In this document: positions 1-9,780 of the stretch, piece after piece | Layout: each line of letters begins with the position of its first letter | Numbering within the stretch: position 1 is the first letter of the stretch | Assembly (NCBI GenBank): GCA_043797665.1 | Contig: JAZDPL010000046.1 | Location: 1 to 50,194, forward strand | Direction of reading: 5' to 3' | DNA length: 50,194 nt | DNA from: Candidatus Omnitrophota bacterium | GTDB lineage: Bacteria; Ratteibacteria; UBA8468; MWAK01 | Position numbers and translations under genes: made by a program | Notes under the pieces: model-generated | Databases searched by the model: none | What the model was told of the DNA's origin: nothing | What the model saw: only the letters and a program-made list of their open reading frames with translations

Positions 1-2
1 AG

Positions 3-52
3 GTAGGGGCTTGATTTATCAAGCCCGCGGGTCGGATAAATCCGACCCCTAC
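3..52. repeat. GTAG-type REP doublet (GTAGGGG...CCCCTAC, two inverted hairpins, 50 bp)
   Basis: gtaggggcttgatttatcaagcccgcgggtcggataaatccgacccctac; near-identical copies elsewhere in the window. Confidence 0.9.
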
Positions 53-132
53 AATTTTGATTGCAAAACAACTCCAAAAGGAAACCCTTTCCTCCCCGTG
101 CTGCCGCACGGGGTATCCAGGGTTTATTTTTC

Positions 133-606
133 ATGAAAGAGGTCCCGAAATCACTGGTTATCCGCTATCAACAAAAAATTTTCGCGTTAGTATTTTATCT
201 GTCAGGAAACAACCGGGATAAAGCCTATGGCGTTGCGGTATCAAGTTTTGTGGAGACAATCCGGTCCGCCTCCCTTTTTGAGACAGAAGATTCGTTTTTA
301 ACAAGACTGGTCAGTGTCGTAATCAGGAAGAGTCATGATATCAGAACAATACCTTCTTCTGATGAGTCTGACCTGACAGACTTCCCTCCGGAAAAAAGGA
401 ACTCCCTTATCATAACCAGAAGGGCGCTCCAATCACTTCCTTTTGAAAATCAGGTGTTACTCCTTTTACGCGACCAGCTTCACCTCGCTTACAAAAATAT
501 TGCCGGTATTCTGCGAATGTCGGACGAAAACGCCCGGATAGAAATAACCCAGGCGCGTGCCCATCTAAGAGAAGAGATTGAAAAAATATTGAACCACACA
601 GGGTAG
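133..606 (+). CDS. ECF-type RNA polymerase sigma factor-like protein (sigma-70 region 4)
   Basis: C-terminal ALQSLP..QVLLLLRDQLHLAYKNIAGILRMS..ARAHLR resembles the sigma4 HTH; directly upstream of a zinc-finger anti-sigma gene; ATG at 133 preferred over TTG at 61. Confidence 0.7.
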   Translation: MKEVPKSLVIRYQQKIFALVFYLSGNNRDKAYGVAVSSFVETIRSASLFETEDSFLTRLVSVVIRKSHDIRTIPSSDESDLTDFPPEKRNSLIITRRALQSLPFENQVLLLLRDQLHLAYKNIAGILRMSDENARIEITQARAHLREEIEKILNHTG

Positions 607-613
607 ATAAACA

Positions 614-1861
614 ATGACCTGTAAAGATATCAAAACGAATCTGAAGATTTTTCTGGACGACCTGCTGTCCGAAGAAGAATACCAGGCGTTTGTTACCCAT
701 CTGGACCAGTGTACTGCCTGCCAGAATTACGTCGGTGCGGTAGGTTCCTTCTCCAACCATTTAAGGGAATTGGGGAACGCGGTTAAAGTCCCTCCCGATT
801 TCAGTTCCACCGTATTCTTTAAACTCAAGGAACCGGAACAAGTATCCCAAAGTATCCCAATTATTGCCTCTCGTAAAACCATTGCCTGGACAACAGGTAT
901 AGTACTTATTATCCTGGGCCTTTTTTCAGGGATTAACCATTTTGTAAAAAATAAACATCGTGCTCCACCCGCGGCAAGTCCTCCTTCCGTATCAACCCCG
1001 ACGAAAAAGGAACAAAAAAATTTATACCAGGGGGAAATAAAGCCGGTCATTATAGAATGGGTGGCAGAAGATACCGGGAACGAACCGACGGAAAAGAAGA
1101 AAACGGCGGAAGCGGAATCCAACGGGAAGGAGGTTCCGACCAAAAAAGAGGCGCTCACCGAAAAGATACCCTTCTCCGGGAATTCATCTAAAAAGGCTCC
1201 TATTCCCATCTCTAAACCCGAACTACTTCACTGGCATTTTTTATTCTCCAAAGAAGAGGAGAAGACCAAATTAGAGGAAATTTCAAATCTCTTTAGTATT
1301 AAACCCGATTATGAAACTTCCGATATCCTGGTTTTGGCAGCCTCAGGAGAAAAATTGGAACAGGTACGTGCAGTAATATCTCTGATTGCATCCTTGCGTA
1401 GTTTCAACGACGAAACACGTATTTCTTCAAACAGAGAATATCGGGTTTTTATCTACCTCGAAAAAAGCACGCCTGAAGAGCTGAAAACCGTTCGGGAAAA
1501 TACGAACACAAAAAACGATGGTGTATTTATGTCATTGGAAAAAGAACCCGGCGCAAAAACAGGTAGTCTGCACTGGCATTTTTTTCTCACTTCAACACAA
1601 TCTGCTTTGTTGAATACCATCCGGGAACTTGGCGGTTCCATCGAATACCAATCAGAAGAGATGCTCGTCCTTTCTATTCCCGGGAGACAGGTGAAGAAGT
1701 TAATCGAATGGACTAAAACCACCGAAGGAGTCTTGGCCGACTTTGGTGAGACTAATCTTATCAAAGAAGAAACCGGTGAAACCCGGACAATAATTTCCAT
1801 ATACTTTTTACCCGAAGAAAGTCAAATAAACAATGATACCAAGGAATGGCAAAGATATTAG
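614..1861 (+). CDS. membrane-anchored anti-sigma factor-like protein (zf-HC2 N-terminus, one TM helix, duplicated C-terminal domain)
   Basis: MTC...HLDQCTAC HxxxCxxC motif; hydrophobic segment WTTGIVLIILGLFSGI; two LHWHF-containing repeats. Confidence 0.75.
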   Translation: MTCKDIKTNLKIFLDDLLSEEEYQAFVTHLDQCTACQNYVGAVGSFSNHLRELGNAVKVPPDFSSTVFFKLKEPEQVSQSIPIIASRKTIAWTTGIVLIILGLFSGINHFVKNKHRAPPAASPPSVSTPTKKEQKNLYQGEIKPVIIEWVAEDTGNEPTEKKKTAEAESNGKEVPTKKEALTEKIPFSGNSSKKAPIPISKPELLHWHFLFSKEEEKTKLEEISNLFSIKPDYETSDILVLAASGEKLEQVRAVISLIASLRSFNDETRISSNREYRVFIYLEKSTPEELKTVRENTNTKNDGVFMSLEKEPGAKTGSLHWHFFLTSTQSALLNTIRELGGSIEYQSEEMLVLSIPGRQVKKLIEWTKTTEGVLADFGETNLIKEETGETRTIISIYFLPEESQINNDTKEWQRY

Positions 1862-2289
1862 TCGTTGACGAAGATACCCCTCCGGTGAGAGAGAAAAAAA
1901 TTCTTATCGTTGATGATGAAGAGGGTGTCCGGCAGGTTTTGAGGGAATTTTTCAAAAAGAAGGGTTATAAGATACTGGAAGCCAAAAACGGTGATGAAGC
2001 GCTCCAATTGGTTAGTTCCGAGAAAATTTCAGCGGTGTTGCTGGATATTAATATGCCTGGAATGGATGGCTTAACGACGTTAGAGAAGATGTTAAGAATA
2101 AATCCAAAGGTTGGCGTGGTAATGATAACCGGGGACCAGGACGACGAAAAAGTGAACGAGGCAATAAGTCTGGGAGCATACGGATATGCGTTGAAACCCT
2201 TCGACTTTTTATATCTGGAACTGGTGGTAATGTCAAAGTTGATTATTGCTGAAGGCGATAAAGATGTTCTCCAGGGCAAGGCGGGGTGA
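1846..2289 (+). CDS. single-domain response regulator (receiver)
   Basis: ILIVDDE, LLDINMPGMDG, MITG and KPF receiver motifs. Confidence 0.92.
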   Translation: MAKILVVDEDTPPVREKKILIVDDEEGVRQVLREFFKKKGYKILEAKNGDEALQLVSSEKISAVLLDINMPGMDGLTTLEKMLRINPKVGVVMITGDQDDEKVNEAISLGAYGYALKPFDFLYLELVVMSKLIIAEGDKDVLQGKAG

Positions 2290-2461
2290 ACGTAAAGAAA
2301 TAGATGTTAATAAGATGGTAAAGCACAGGGGAAGATTAGAGGCGGTTGCTTAAAGGAGAGAGACCGGACCGGTACCGAGTATAGTTACTATTGATCTGAG
2401 GTAGAAAACACTGTCCGAACTATATTTGTGTGGTTTCATTGGTAACCCCGCCTTCGCGGGT

Positions 2462-3508
2462 TCATGGGTTCCTTGCGTTCTCTTCATAGATGGCAAGGAT
2501 GTTATCCAACGGGATATCCTCGATGTATTCCTGGCTTCCGCAAAGGATGTAGCCGCCGCTGTCACGGGTGAGGTTTATATACGAACGGACATGAGAGCGG
2601 ACATCCGCGACAATGCCGAAAGGGAGTATGCTCTGGGTATCCACGCCTCCGTGAAACGCCAACCGATGCCCAAAATCCTTGACCAGACCGGCCAGTTCCA
2701 TCTCTTTTGCTGCCACCTGGATAGGGTCGAGGATGTCCACGCCGTCTTCGATCAACATCGGGATGATAGAGCGGACACCGCCGCAGGAGTGGAGCATCAC
2801 CTTGCAGCCGTATTCACGTGAAATGTCAAAATAGCGCTTCTGCGGCTGCCGGATGAACTTCTGCCAGCTTTGAGGTGAGATGAAAAGCCCGCGTTGCGTG
2901 CCGTAATCGTTCCCGAAATAGGTGATGTCCAGCATCCCGCGGCATGCCTCCAGATACCCGCGGGTTGCTTCTATTTCATAATCCACGAGGCGGTCAATGA
3001 TGGCACTCACCACATCGGGCTTGGTTGACATCCAGATGAAAAGGTTCTCCTGTCCGATGACCCATCCGGCTTCGTGAAAAAACGGGCTCCAGGGTGCACC
3101 GAACGTGGCATACTCCTGGTGGTATTTCTCGCATTCCACCGTAACGCCGGAGTAGTCCAGCACATTCGGGTCTGGCCATGGATGTCTGTGAACGTCTTCA
3201 ACGGTGGTATTCTCGTCAAACGGAGAGATCCAGTTGGGCTTTCCATCCTGTATGGAAGACTCGCGCCATCGCACTCCCCACATGTTACGCCGGTAGCCGT
3301 CGGCATCAGGCCCGCTGTCGGGTTGCGAGTAGTCGAATGAGACTCTGCGCATATCCACATGGAGGGCTTTCAGAAGTTCCTCGTAGTCCCCGACGCCCAG
3401 CTTCCCGATTAAACCGTCGGTCACTTCCTTATGGGCGCTGAAGTCAGCGGGCGTCCGGTCGGTTTTCTTATGGTTGATGGCAAGAAGAACGCGTTCTCTA
3501 TGGCTCAT
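2462..3508 (-). CDS. uroporphyrinogen decarboxylase (URO-D/CIMS-like) family protein
   Basis: MSHRERVLLAINH..DRTP start; GNDYGTQRG, HSCG, FHGGVDTQ, GGYIL..IPLDNI motifs. Confidence 0.85.
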   Translation of the reverse strand: MSHRERVLLAINHKKTDRTPADFSAHKEVTDGLIGKLGVGDYEELLKALHVDMRRVSFDYSQPDSGPDADGYRRNMWGVRWRESSIQDGKPNWISPFDENTTVEDVHRHPWPDPNVLDYSGVTVECEKYHQEYATFGAPWSPFFHEAGWVIGQENLFIWMSTKPDVVSAIIDRLVDYEIEATRGYLEACRGMLDITYFGNDYGTQRGLFISPQSWQKFIRQPQKRYFDISREYGCKVMLHSCGGVRSIIPMLIEDGVDILDPIQVAAKEMELAGLVKDFGHRLAFHGGVDTQSILPFGIVADVRSHVRSYINLTRDSGGYILCGSQEYIEDIPLDNILAIYEENARNP

Positions 3509-4293
3509 TTTTGGAATGTCAATTTCAGGAAATCTTCGTGTAGGTGATAGTCCACCTTAGAAAGGGGTGCACAGGAGGTCAGTTCACAACCTTTAGGCAG
3601 ATAGACGGAATAGTCATAACGGGCAAGGTTCAAGAGCCAGATATCGCCCCTCTGGGGACTGCGACCGGACAGGGTGGGTAGAGACGTAAAAGGTATGGCT
3701 ACTTCCAGTGTCCAGTATTCGTCCTTGTCCCGCCAGTCATTGAACGTACCCTTAACCTGAGCAGCTATTTTCAAGCCTTCACAATTCCAATCGGACCAGC
3801 GTTTGTAGTTGCCGGCCGCACCTCTTTTGACATTAAAGGCATCCAGAACCGTACCCAGGGGATTAATCTCAAAGTTAAAGTACGGGTCCGGGCCATCAGG
3901 ATGTAATTGCGGATCCGTCTTGATGAAAACTTCCAGGACATCCTCGGTACAGGTATAGGTATCTCTTTCGGTTAAGAAACCCCAGACATCCTGGTCGTAA
4001 GCCTTAAAACCGACATAGAGATACTTATTGTCGTATAAAACCCGTGCCTCTGTTTTAGAGATTGGTTCCTTGAAGGTCGCCGGTATGAAGAAGTTGAGGA
4101 CATTTGCTTTTTCCCAGGCCGGTTCATCCAGGATGCCGTCAACCTTGATGGGCTCCGCGGTAAAGAGACAGTGGTACGGTTTTTTCGGAATCGCTGTCTT
4201 GTTTTGCTGCAGTCCTTTAGTTTTTACTCCACAGCAACCGGCCAATAGAACCAAATTCAAACCAACCACCAAACACCAATTCATCTTCTTCAT
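3505..4293 (-). CDS. CBM9-like carbohydrate-binding lipoprotein
   Basis: lipobox LLAGC; IKVDGILDEPAW, LYDNKYLYVGF, EINPLG, WTLEVAIPF typical of CBM9-like/DUF1083; SD GGAGGGG before ATG at 4293. Confidence 0.75.
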   Translation of the reverse strand: MKKMNWCLVVGLNLVLLAGCCGVKTKGLQQNKTAIPKKPYHCLFTAEPIKVDGILDEPAWEKANVLNFFIPATFKEPISKTEARVLYDNKYLYVGFKAYDQDVWGFLTERDTYTCTEDVLEVFIKTDPQLHPDGPDPYFNFEINPLGTVLDAFNVKRGAAGNYKRWSDWNCEGLKIAAQVKGTFNDWRDKDEYWTLEVAIPFTSLPTLSGRSPQRGDIWLLNLARYDYSVYLPKGCELTSCAPLSKVDYHLHEDFLKLTFQK

Positions 4294-4334
4294 ATTCCCC
4301 TCCAAAATTGTGCTCAACCCTTGTCCGGTATATT

Positions 4335-5189
4335 CTACGGGCAATGGCATTGAGCAAGATTGATAAAGATGTTATCCAGGGCAAGGCGGGGTGAGACTCT
4401 TCCTCTCAGGATGTCCTGCCGTTTACCCAAAACCTCTTCCAGTAGGTTCCGAATCTCCTGGCTGCTTTTCATCCGTTCTGCCAGGATCCGAATGATCTCC
4501 GGTGTTTCCTCTTTTGAGCGCATCCCTTCTTTGAATTCTAACGCCACTTTCAGGTTGTTTACGAGGTTCTCCAAAAATTCTCTCAATTCTGATTCATCAT
4601 AATTAGCCACTTCCTTTGTTAAACTGAAGATTTCCGAGGGATCCTGCCAGGAAAGGTGCATCATCTTTTTGAGTCCGGTAATGTTTACGGGAGCCATTTC
4701 CGGTTCGGGAAGCCTTATCTTGGTAAGCCGGGAAAGGATGGTGGGTAAAAATTCGCGTTCGGTTCGGGCAAGAAGGATTATGATTGCGGTCTGGGGCGGT
4801 TCTTCTAAGGTTTTGAGGAACGCATTGGCAGCCTCTTCCTGAAGCGTCTCTATCTCCAGAAGGTATATCCGGTACTTTGCCTGATAGGGTGAAAGATAAA
4901 TTTCGGACTTAAGTTTTCGGACCTGTTCAATTTTGAGAAGCCCCATCTTACCTTCTCCTGCAATAAAAAAGAGGTCCGGGTGTTTCTCTTCAATGACTTT
5001 CCGGCAAACCAGACATCTGCCGCAGGGTTCGGAATTCTGTCCCTTTTCGGTGCAGAAGATTGCCTGAACGAAAATCTTAGCCAGGTCGCGCCGGTTCCGG
5101 CTGTCAAGTCCGGTGATAAGATAGGCGGGTGATAAACGCAACATCTTCACCGCTTTCAGCAAAAATTCCCGGGCCGTAGTAATGGTCAT
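4335..5189 (-). CDS. holB: DNA polymerase III subunit delta'
   Basis: C..PCGRCLVC zinc motif, HPDL, AANAFLKTLEEPP, LPTILSR; follows tmk. Confidence 0.88.
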   Translation of the reverse strand: MTITTAREFLLKAVKMLRLSPAYLITGLDSRNRRDLAKIFVQAIFCTEKGQNSEPCGRCLVCRKVIEEKHPDLFFIAGEGKMGLLKIEQVRKLKSEIYLSPYQAKYRIYLLEIETLQEEAANAFLKTLEEPPQTAIIILLARTEREFLPTILSRLTKIRLPEPEMAPVNITGLKKMMHLSWQDPSEIFSLTKEVANYDESELREFLENLVNNLKVALEFKEGMRSKEETPEIIRILAERMKSSQEIRNLLEEVLGKRQDILRGRVSPRLALDNIFINLAQCHCP

Positions 5190-5200
5190 AATTGCTATCT

Positions 5201-5250
5201 GTAGGGGTTTGATTTATCAAACCCGCGGGTCGGATAAATCCGACCCCTAC
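5201..5250. repeat. GTAG-type REP doublet; supplies the tmk TAG stop
   Basis: 50-bp copy of the 3-52 element with a compensatory change in the first hairpin. Confidence 0.9.
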
Positions 5251-5918
5251 ATCTTTTGTTCTTTGACAGTGAGTTTATTTAAAAAAGGTATAAGACTCCC
5301 AAAGATTTCGTCCGGGGAGCCGCAGGCAGAGATTACTTTGATGCGGGCAGGTTCTTTCTGCGCTAACTTCAGATAGCCTTCCCGGACTTTTTTCTGGAAT
5401 GACAGCCCTAATGATTCTATCCGATCGGCTTTCTTCACTCTGGCAAAGGCTGATTTTGGTTCAATATCAAGGAGGAATGTCAGGTCAGGCTGGCTGATTT
5501 CCTTGAACCTGACCGCATCCCGGCAGAGTTTCCGTAAAGACCCTGAGGGCAGACCCCTGTTTACTACATCCAGGGACAGGCCCCGGCCGGTTCCCTGATA
5601 AGCAAGGGTGGAATCAGTAAACCGGTCACAGAGTACCACCCTTCCTTGAGCCAGCGCGGGCTTGATTACCGATGTTACTAAAACCCTCCGGCTGGCTAAA
5701 TAGAGGAACGTTTCGGTCAAAGCATCTATTTCTTGATTGCCTTTATATTTGCTCAGCAATAGCCGCCGGATCTGTTCACCAACCGGAGTACCACCCGGGT
5801 CCTTGGTGGTAATAACGGAAAGACCTTGTTTGGAAAGGTATTTTGCGGTTAGCGCTAATTGGGTACTCTTTCCGGACCCATCAATCCCCTCAAAAGTGAC
5901 GAAAAATCCTTTTGACAT
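5247..5918 (-). CDS. tmk: thymidylate kinase
   Basis: FEGIDGSGKSTQ P-loop; CDRFTDSTLAYQG. Confidence 0.95.
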   Translation of the reverse strand: MSKGFFVTFEGIDGSGKSTQLALTAKYLSKQGLSVITTKDPGGTPVGEQIRRLLLSKYKGNQEIDALTETFLYLASRRVLVTSVIKPALAQGRVVLCDRFTDSTLAYQGTGRGLSLDVVNRGLPSGSLRKLCRDAVRFKEISQPDLTFLLDIEPKSAFARVKKADRIESLGLSFQKKVREGYLKLAQKEPARIKVISACGSPDEIFGSLIPFLNKLTVKEQKM

Positions 5919-5946
5919 CCTCCCTCCCTGTTTTTACAATTTCAAT

Positions 5947-6020
5947 GAGATTCTTCGCTACGCTCAGAATGACAACTTAGGATTTTTCGTCACCCTGAGC
6001 ATGAAATAGCGAAGGGTCTC
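5947..6020. repeat. GTC-tagged REP pair (GAGATTCTTCGC..GCTCAGAATGAC type)
   Basis: gagattcttcgctacgctcagaatgac (5947-5973) and inverted gtcaccctgagc..gcgaagggtctc (5989-6020). Confidence 0.8.
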
Positions 6021-6070
6021 ATCCAATATTTGCCTGTGGAGAAGTTGTGGAAAAGATAGCTAAACTTTGT

Positions 6071-6982
6071 TTAATTTTCACATATTTCCTGAATGAAAAG
6101 GTTGTGTAAACCCAAGTCCTGGGCTAATTTTACCATACCGCTGTATTCGGAACGATTGACCCGGCGGTTTAGATGTGGATAACTTATTGCCTTATGCGCC
6201 GGGAAGTACTGCGCCATCAGACTTATGGTCACCTCCGGAGAGACCTCTTTCGCCAGGAAACGCAAGACTTTACCGGTTGTAGAAAGGTTATCCGGCAAGA
6301 TTAAGTGCCTGATAATCAGCCCTTCCCGGGCTGTACCTTTCCGGTCCACCTTCAAAAGACCGACCTGCCGGAACATCTCCCGAAGGGCAATTCCGGCAAA
6401 GGTGAAATAATTGTTAACGCCGGAAATCTCCTGACCGGCAATATCATCACCATACTTTAAATCCGGTAAATAAATCGCTACCACCCCTTCTAAAAGTTTC
6501 AGGGTCCCTGCCCTTTCGTAACCGCTGGTGTTATAGACCAGGGGCAAGGTAAGCCCTTTTGACTTAGCCAGAAGTATCGCTTCCAGGATTTGAGGGACAA
6601 AATGGGTCGGGGTAACGAAGTTAATGTTATGGCAACCATCGTCCTGAAGTTTTAGAAACATTCCGCTCAGTTCTATGTTGTCTACTTCCCTGCCCTCCCG
6701 GAACTGGCTGATGGGATAGTTCTGGCAGAAGAGGCAACGCAGGGTACAGCCGGAAAAAAAGACGGTCCCGCTGCCGCGGTCACCGGAGATGGGCGGTTCT
6801 TCACCAAAGTGGCTGTTGTAACTGGCTACTCTGGTTAAGACTCCGCCTCCGCAGAAGCCTTGTTCTCCTTCCGAACGGTTTACCCGGCACTCCCGGGGGC
6901 AGAGGGTGCAGGAGGCAAGAACCTTCTTCGCCTCAGCCACCCGTTGTGCCAATTCTCCGTCGGAAATAGGTACAAACGCCAT
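6071..6982 (-). CDS. radical SAM protein (PflX-like)
   Basis: CTLCPRECRVNR, HFGEEPPISG..GSGTVFFSGCTLRCLFCQN (CxxxCxxC), NINFVTPTH; upstream TTG/ATG extension lies in a REP. Confidence 0.88.
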   Translation of the reverse strand: MAFVPISDGELAQRVAEAKKVLASCTLCPRECRVNRSEGEQGFCGGGVLTRVASYNSHFGEEPPISGDRGSGTVFFSGCTLRCLFCQNYPISQFREGREVDNIELSGMFLKLQDDGCHNINFVTPTHFVPQILEAILLAKSKGLTLPLVYNTSGYERAGTLKLLEGVVAIYLPDLKYGDDIAGQEISGVNNYFTFAGIALREMFRQVGLLKVDRKGTAREGLIIRHLILPDNLSTTGKVLRFLAKEVSPEVTISLMAQYFPAHKAISYPHLNRRVNRSEYSGMVKLAQDLGLHNLFIQEICEN

Positions 6983-7016
6983 AAAAACTCTGAATTCGAA
7001 AACAGATTCTCTTTTT

Positions 7017-7071
7017 GTCATTCTGAGCGAAGCGAAGAATCTATAGATCCTTCACATTCGTTCAGGATGAC
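7017..7071. repeat. GTC-tagged REP pair
   Basis: gtcattctgagcgaagcgaagaatct..agatccttcacattcgttcaggatgac. Confidence 0.8.
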
Positions 7072-7086
7072 ACTTTATCTCGAAAA

Positions 7087-9084
7087 TTAAAAGAGGTCGA
7101 TGGGGTCGATATCAATGGTAACGCCGGACTCAAAAAGTTTCTTCTCCGGTAAACTCTTCAGGAATTCCTGAATCTTGCCTGTCTGAATGGCTCTTAACAT
7201 TATGTGCCAGCGGTAGGAACCGCGAATCTTTTTGTGAAAGCAGGCGGATGGTCCCAGGACTTTGATGCCACAATTTTCTGCGGTATTCTGTATCAGAGAA
7301 CACCACTCCTGCGTCTTACGAATCACCGTATCTTCCCGTTTACCGTAGAAAATGATGTTGGCTAAATAACCGAAAGGGGGATAGCCTACTTCCTTCCGGA
7401 AAGACATCTCCTTTTCGTAGAAACTTTCCAGTCTGAATTCCGGAAGGCTGACCAGAGCATAATGGTCGGGATAATAGGTCTGAATAAAAACTTCCGCGCC
7501 GGGTAAGTTTCTTCCCGCTCTGCCCGCCACCTGAAGAAGAGTCTGGAAAGAACGTTCTGCGGCACGGAAATCAGGCAGGTTAAGAACGCTGTCCGAACCT
7601 AAGACCCCGACCAGGGTAACCCCGGGGAAATGGTGGCCTTTAGTCACCAGTTGGGTACCGACCAGAATCCCGGCTTTTCCTTCGCGAAACCGGTTTATTA
7701 AATCAAGGTTTTTCTTTTTGCGCATCGTATCGGAATCAAGACGAAGAACCGGTGTATCGGGGAAAAACGACTTTAACTGCTTTTCTATTGCCTGGGTTCC
7801 AAAACTTTTGCCGCCGAAATTATTTTTTCCGCAGGAAGGACAGGCAGAAGGCAGCTCGGTTCGATAATTGCAATAATGGCAGTAGAATTCGCCGGTTGTG
7901 CGATGGTAAACCAGGCTTACCGAACAGTTCGGACAGGAGAAAAGGTAACCGCAGTCTTCGCAAAAGAAATAGGTGCTGTAACCTCTGCGGTTGACAAAGA
8001 TGATTGCCTGTTCGCCTCTTAAAAGCCTTTCTTCAATTAGATTACGGAGGGCATTTGAAATCAGGGGACTTCTCCTCTTCCGAATGATTCCGTGGTTTCG
8101 CAAATCCGAAATATGAATTCTGGGAAAAGGCATATTGCCAATCCGTTCTGAAAGGGTAAAGTAATGAAACCTGCCCTCCCGGGCTGCCCGGTATACTTCC
8201 AGAGAGGGTGTGGCACTCCCTAAGACAACCAGCGCGTCTTCAATTTCTCCGCGTTTAATTGCCACTTCCCGGGCATGGTAGCGGGGTATCCGGGTCTCTT
8301 TATAGGAACGGTCAAACTCTTCATCAACTACAATCAGTTTCAGTCTGGCAAAAGGCACAAAGACTGCGGAGCGGGTACCGATAACCACCGATATCTCCCC
8401 ATTTTTTGCCTGAGAGAGAATCTGGTAGTGCTGACGCCGGCTCAGCCGGCTGTGCAGTACGGCAACCCGGTTGCCGAACCGCTCCTTTGCCCAGTCTTCA
8501 ATCTGGGGAACCAGAACAATCTCCGGAACCAGAATCAGACTCTGCCCGTTTAAGTTTTGGGCGGTAAAACCGGCTAATTGCAGATAAATCTCGGTCTTAC
8601 CGCTGGCAGCGACTCCTTCCAAAACCGCCACCTTTCCCCCTTGGGTCAAGAGAATCTGTTGCAATTCGTCCAGTATCTTCTTCTGGGCAGGGGTGGCCGG
8701 CATCTGTGCGATGGTGGTCAAGATTCCCTGATAAAAAGCCTCTTCTTCGGTTGATTCTCTTCGGGGCGGCTGCAGGGTTACGCTGATAATAAACCTCAGA
8801 ACTTCACCTAAGGAAGCACAGTAGTAGTCAGCCACCCAGTGAGCCAGAGCCAATAACTTTTCTGAAATGAGCAGTTCGGTATCCAGAATCCTGATTACTG
8901 ATTTGATACCGGAAAAGGCCGGTTCTTCATCAGAGAGTGCCGCCACGAAACCAATCTTTTGTTGTCTGCCGAACGGAACCACCAGCCGTTGACCGGACTT
9001 AATCTGGTCGGCAAACGTTCCGGTCAGGTAGGTAAAAGTGTGATGGCTTTTCAGCGGGAAGACGACGCGGCAATATTTTGCCAT
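7087..9084 (-). CDS. priA: primosomal protein N' (replication restart helicase)
   Basis: GVAASGKTEIY, LVPEI, GTRSAVF, GSATPSLE, four CxxC pairs, QVAGRAGR, IDIDP end. Confidence 0.95.
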   Translation of the reverse strand: MAKYCRVVFPLKSHHTFTYLTGTFADQIKSGQRLVVPFGRQQKIGFVAALSDEEPAFSGIKSVIRILDTELLISEKLLALAHWVADYYCASLGEVLRFIISVTLQPPRRESTEEEAFYQGILTTIAQMPATPAQKKILDELQQILLTQGGKVAVLEGVAASGKTEIYLQLAGFTAQNLNGQSLILVPEIVLVPQIEDWAKERFGNRVAVLHSRLSRRQHYQILSQAKNGEISVVIGTRSAVFVPFARLKLIVVDEEFDRSYKETRIPRYHAREVAIKRGEIEDALVVLGSATPSLEVYRAAREGRFHYFTLSERIGNMPFPRIHISDLRNHGIIRKRRSPLISNALRNLIEERLLRGEQAIIFVNRRGYSTYFFCEDCGYLFSCPNCSVSLVYHRTTGEFYCHYCNYRTELPSACPSCGKNNFGGKSFGTQAIEKQLKSFFPDTPVLRLDSDTMRKKKNLDLINRFREGKAGILVGTQLVTKGHHFPGVTLVGVLGSDSVLNLPDFRAAERSFQTLLQVAGRAGRNLPGAEVFIQTYYPDHYALVSLPEFRLESFYEKEMSFRKEVGYPPFGYLANIIFYGKREDTVIRKTQEWCSLIQNTAENCGIKVLGPSACFHKKIRGSYRWHIMLRAIQTGKIQEFLKSLPEKKLFESGVTIDIDPIDLF

Positions 9085-9087
9085 ACT

Positions 9088-9780
9088 TTACAGGAGGTTG
9101 GATTCACTGAAACTGAAATAGGTGGAATCACCGAAGATGATGTGGTCTAACAGTTTAACGTTGACCAGATTGCAGACTTCCTGAACCTTTCTGGTAAACT
9201 CCCGGTCTTCCTGGCTGGGTTCCGGTTCACCGCTGGGATGGTTATGGATGGCAATAACGCCGGACGCGAAGTTCTGGAGGCTGAGGCTTATTATCTCCCG
9301 GATAAGGGGATGGGCGCTGTTGGGTGTACCGGCTACTATTTCATCCACCGTAATTATCCGGTTACGTCCGTCCAGGTAGATTACTTTGAAAATTTCCTTC
9401 TTTAAATCCCGCATCCGGGGCATAAAGGTTTCCACCACATCCTTGGCTCCGGAGATTCTCTGACGTTCCGGCTTCTTTTCTACCTCCCGGAAACGTCTGC
9501 CTATCTCTAAGGCGGCTTTAATCCGGGCAATCTTGGCTTTGCCTAAACCTTTGAATTCTTTCCAGAGACTACTGTCGGTATGGCTCATCTCCCGGAAAGA
9601 ACCAACGCGTGTGATGATACGCCGCGCTAAACTCAGCGCATCTTCTCCTCTGGTTCCGCTTCCCAGCAGAATCGCCAGCAGTTCTGCGCTGGAAAGGTTA
9701 TGTTCGCCCTGCCGGAACAGACGTTCTCTGGGGCGTTCTTCTTCCGGCCAGCCGGCGATTCCGGAATTTTTATCTCTCAT
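9088..9780 (-). CDS. radC: RadC family (JAB/MPN) protein
   Basis: ERPRERL, LSSAELLAILLGSG, HNHPSGEPEPSQED, LLDHIIFG. Confidence 0.95.
   Translation of the reverse strand: MRDKNSGIAGWPEEERPRERLFRQGEHNLSSAELLAILLGSGTRGEDALSLARRIITRVGSFREMSHTDSSLWKEFKGLGKAKIARIKAALEIGRRFREVEKKPERQRISGAKDVVETFMPRMRDLKKEIFKVIYLDGRNRIITVDEIVAGTPNSAHPLIREIISLSLQNFASGVIAIHNHPSGEPEPSQEDREFTRKVQEVCNLVNVKLLDHIIFGDSTYFSFSESNLL

Noticed and set aside
5534..5563. Possible short in-frame insert in tmk (NRGLPSGSL)
   Set aside because: Looks extra relative to typical Tmk, but there is no clear hairpin or match to the other repeats; cannot be supported without an alignment.
9088..9780. radC as a mobile-element or anti-defence marker
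   Set aside because: Full-length chromosomal-type RadC in a housekeeping run (aroE-radC-priA).
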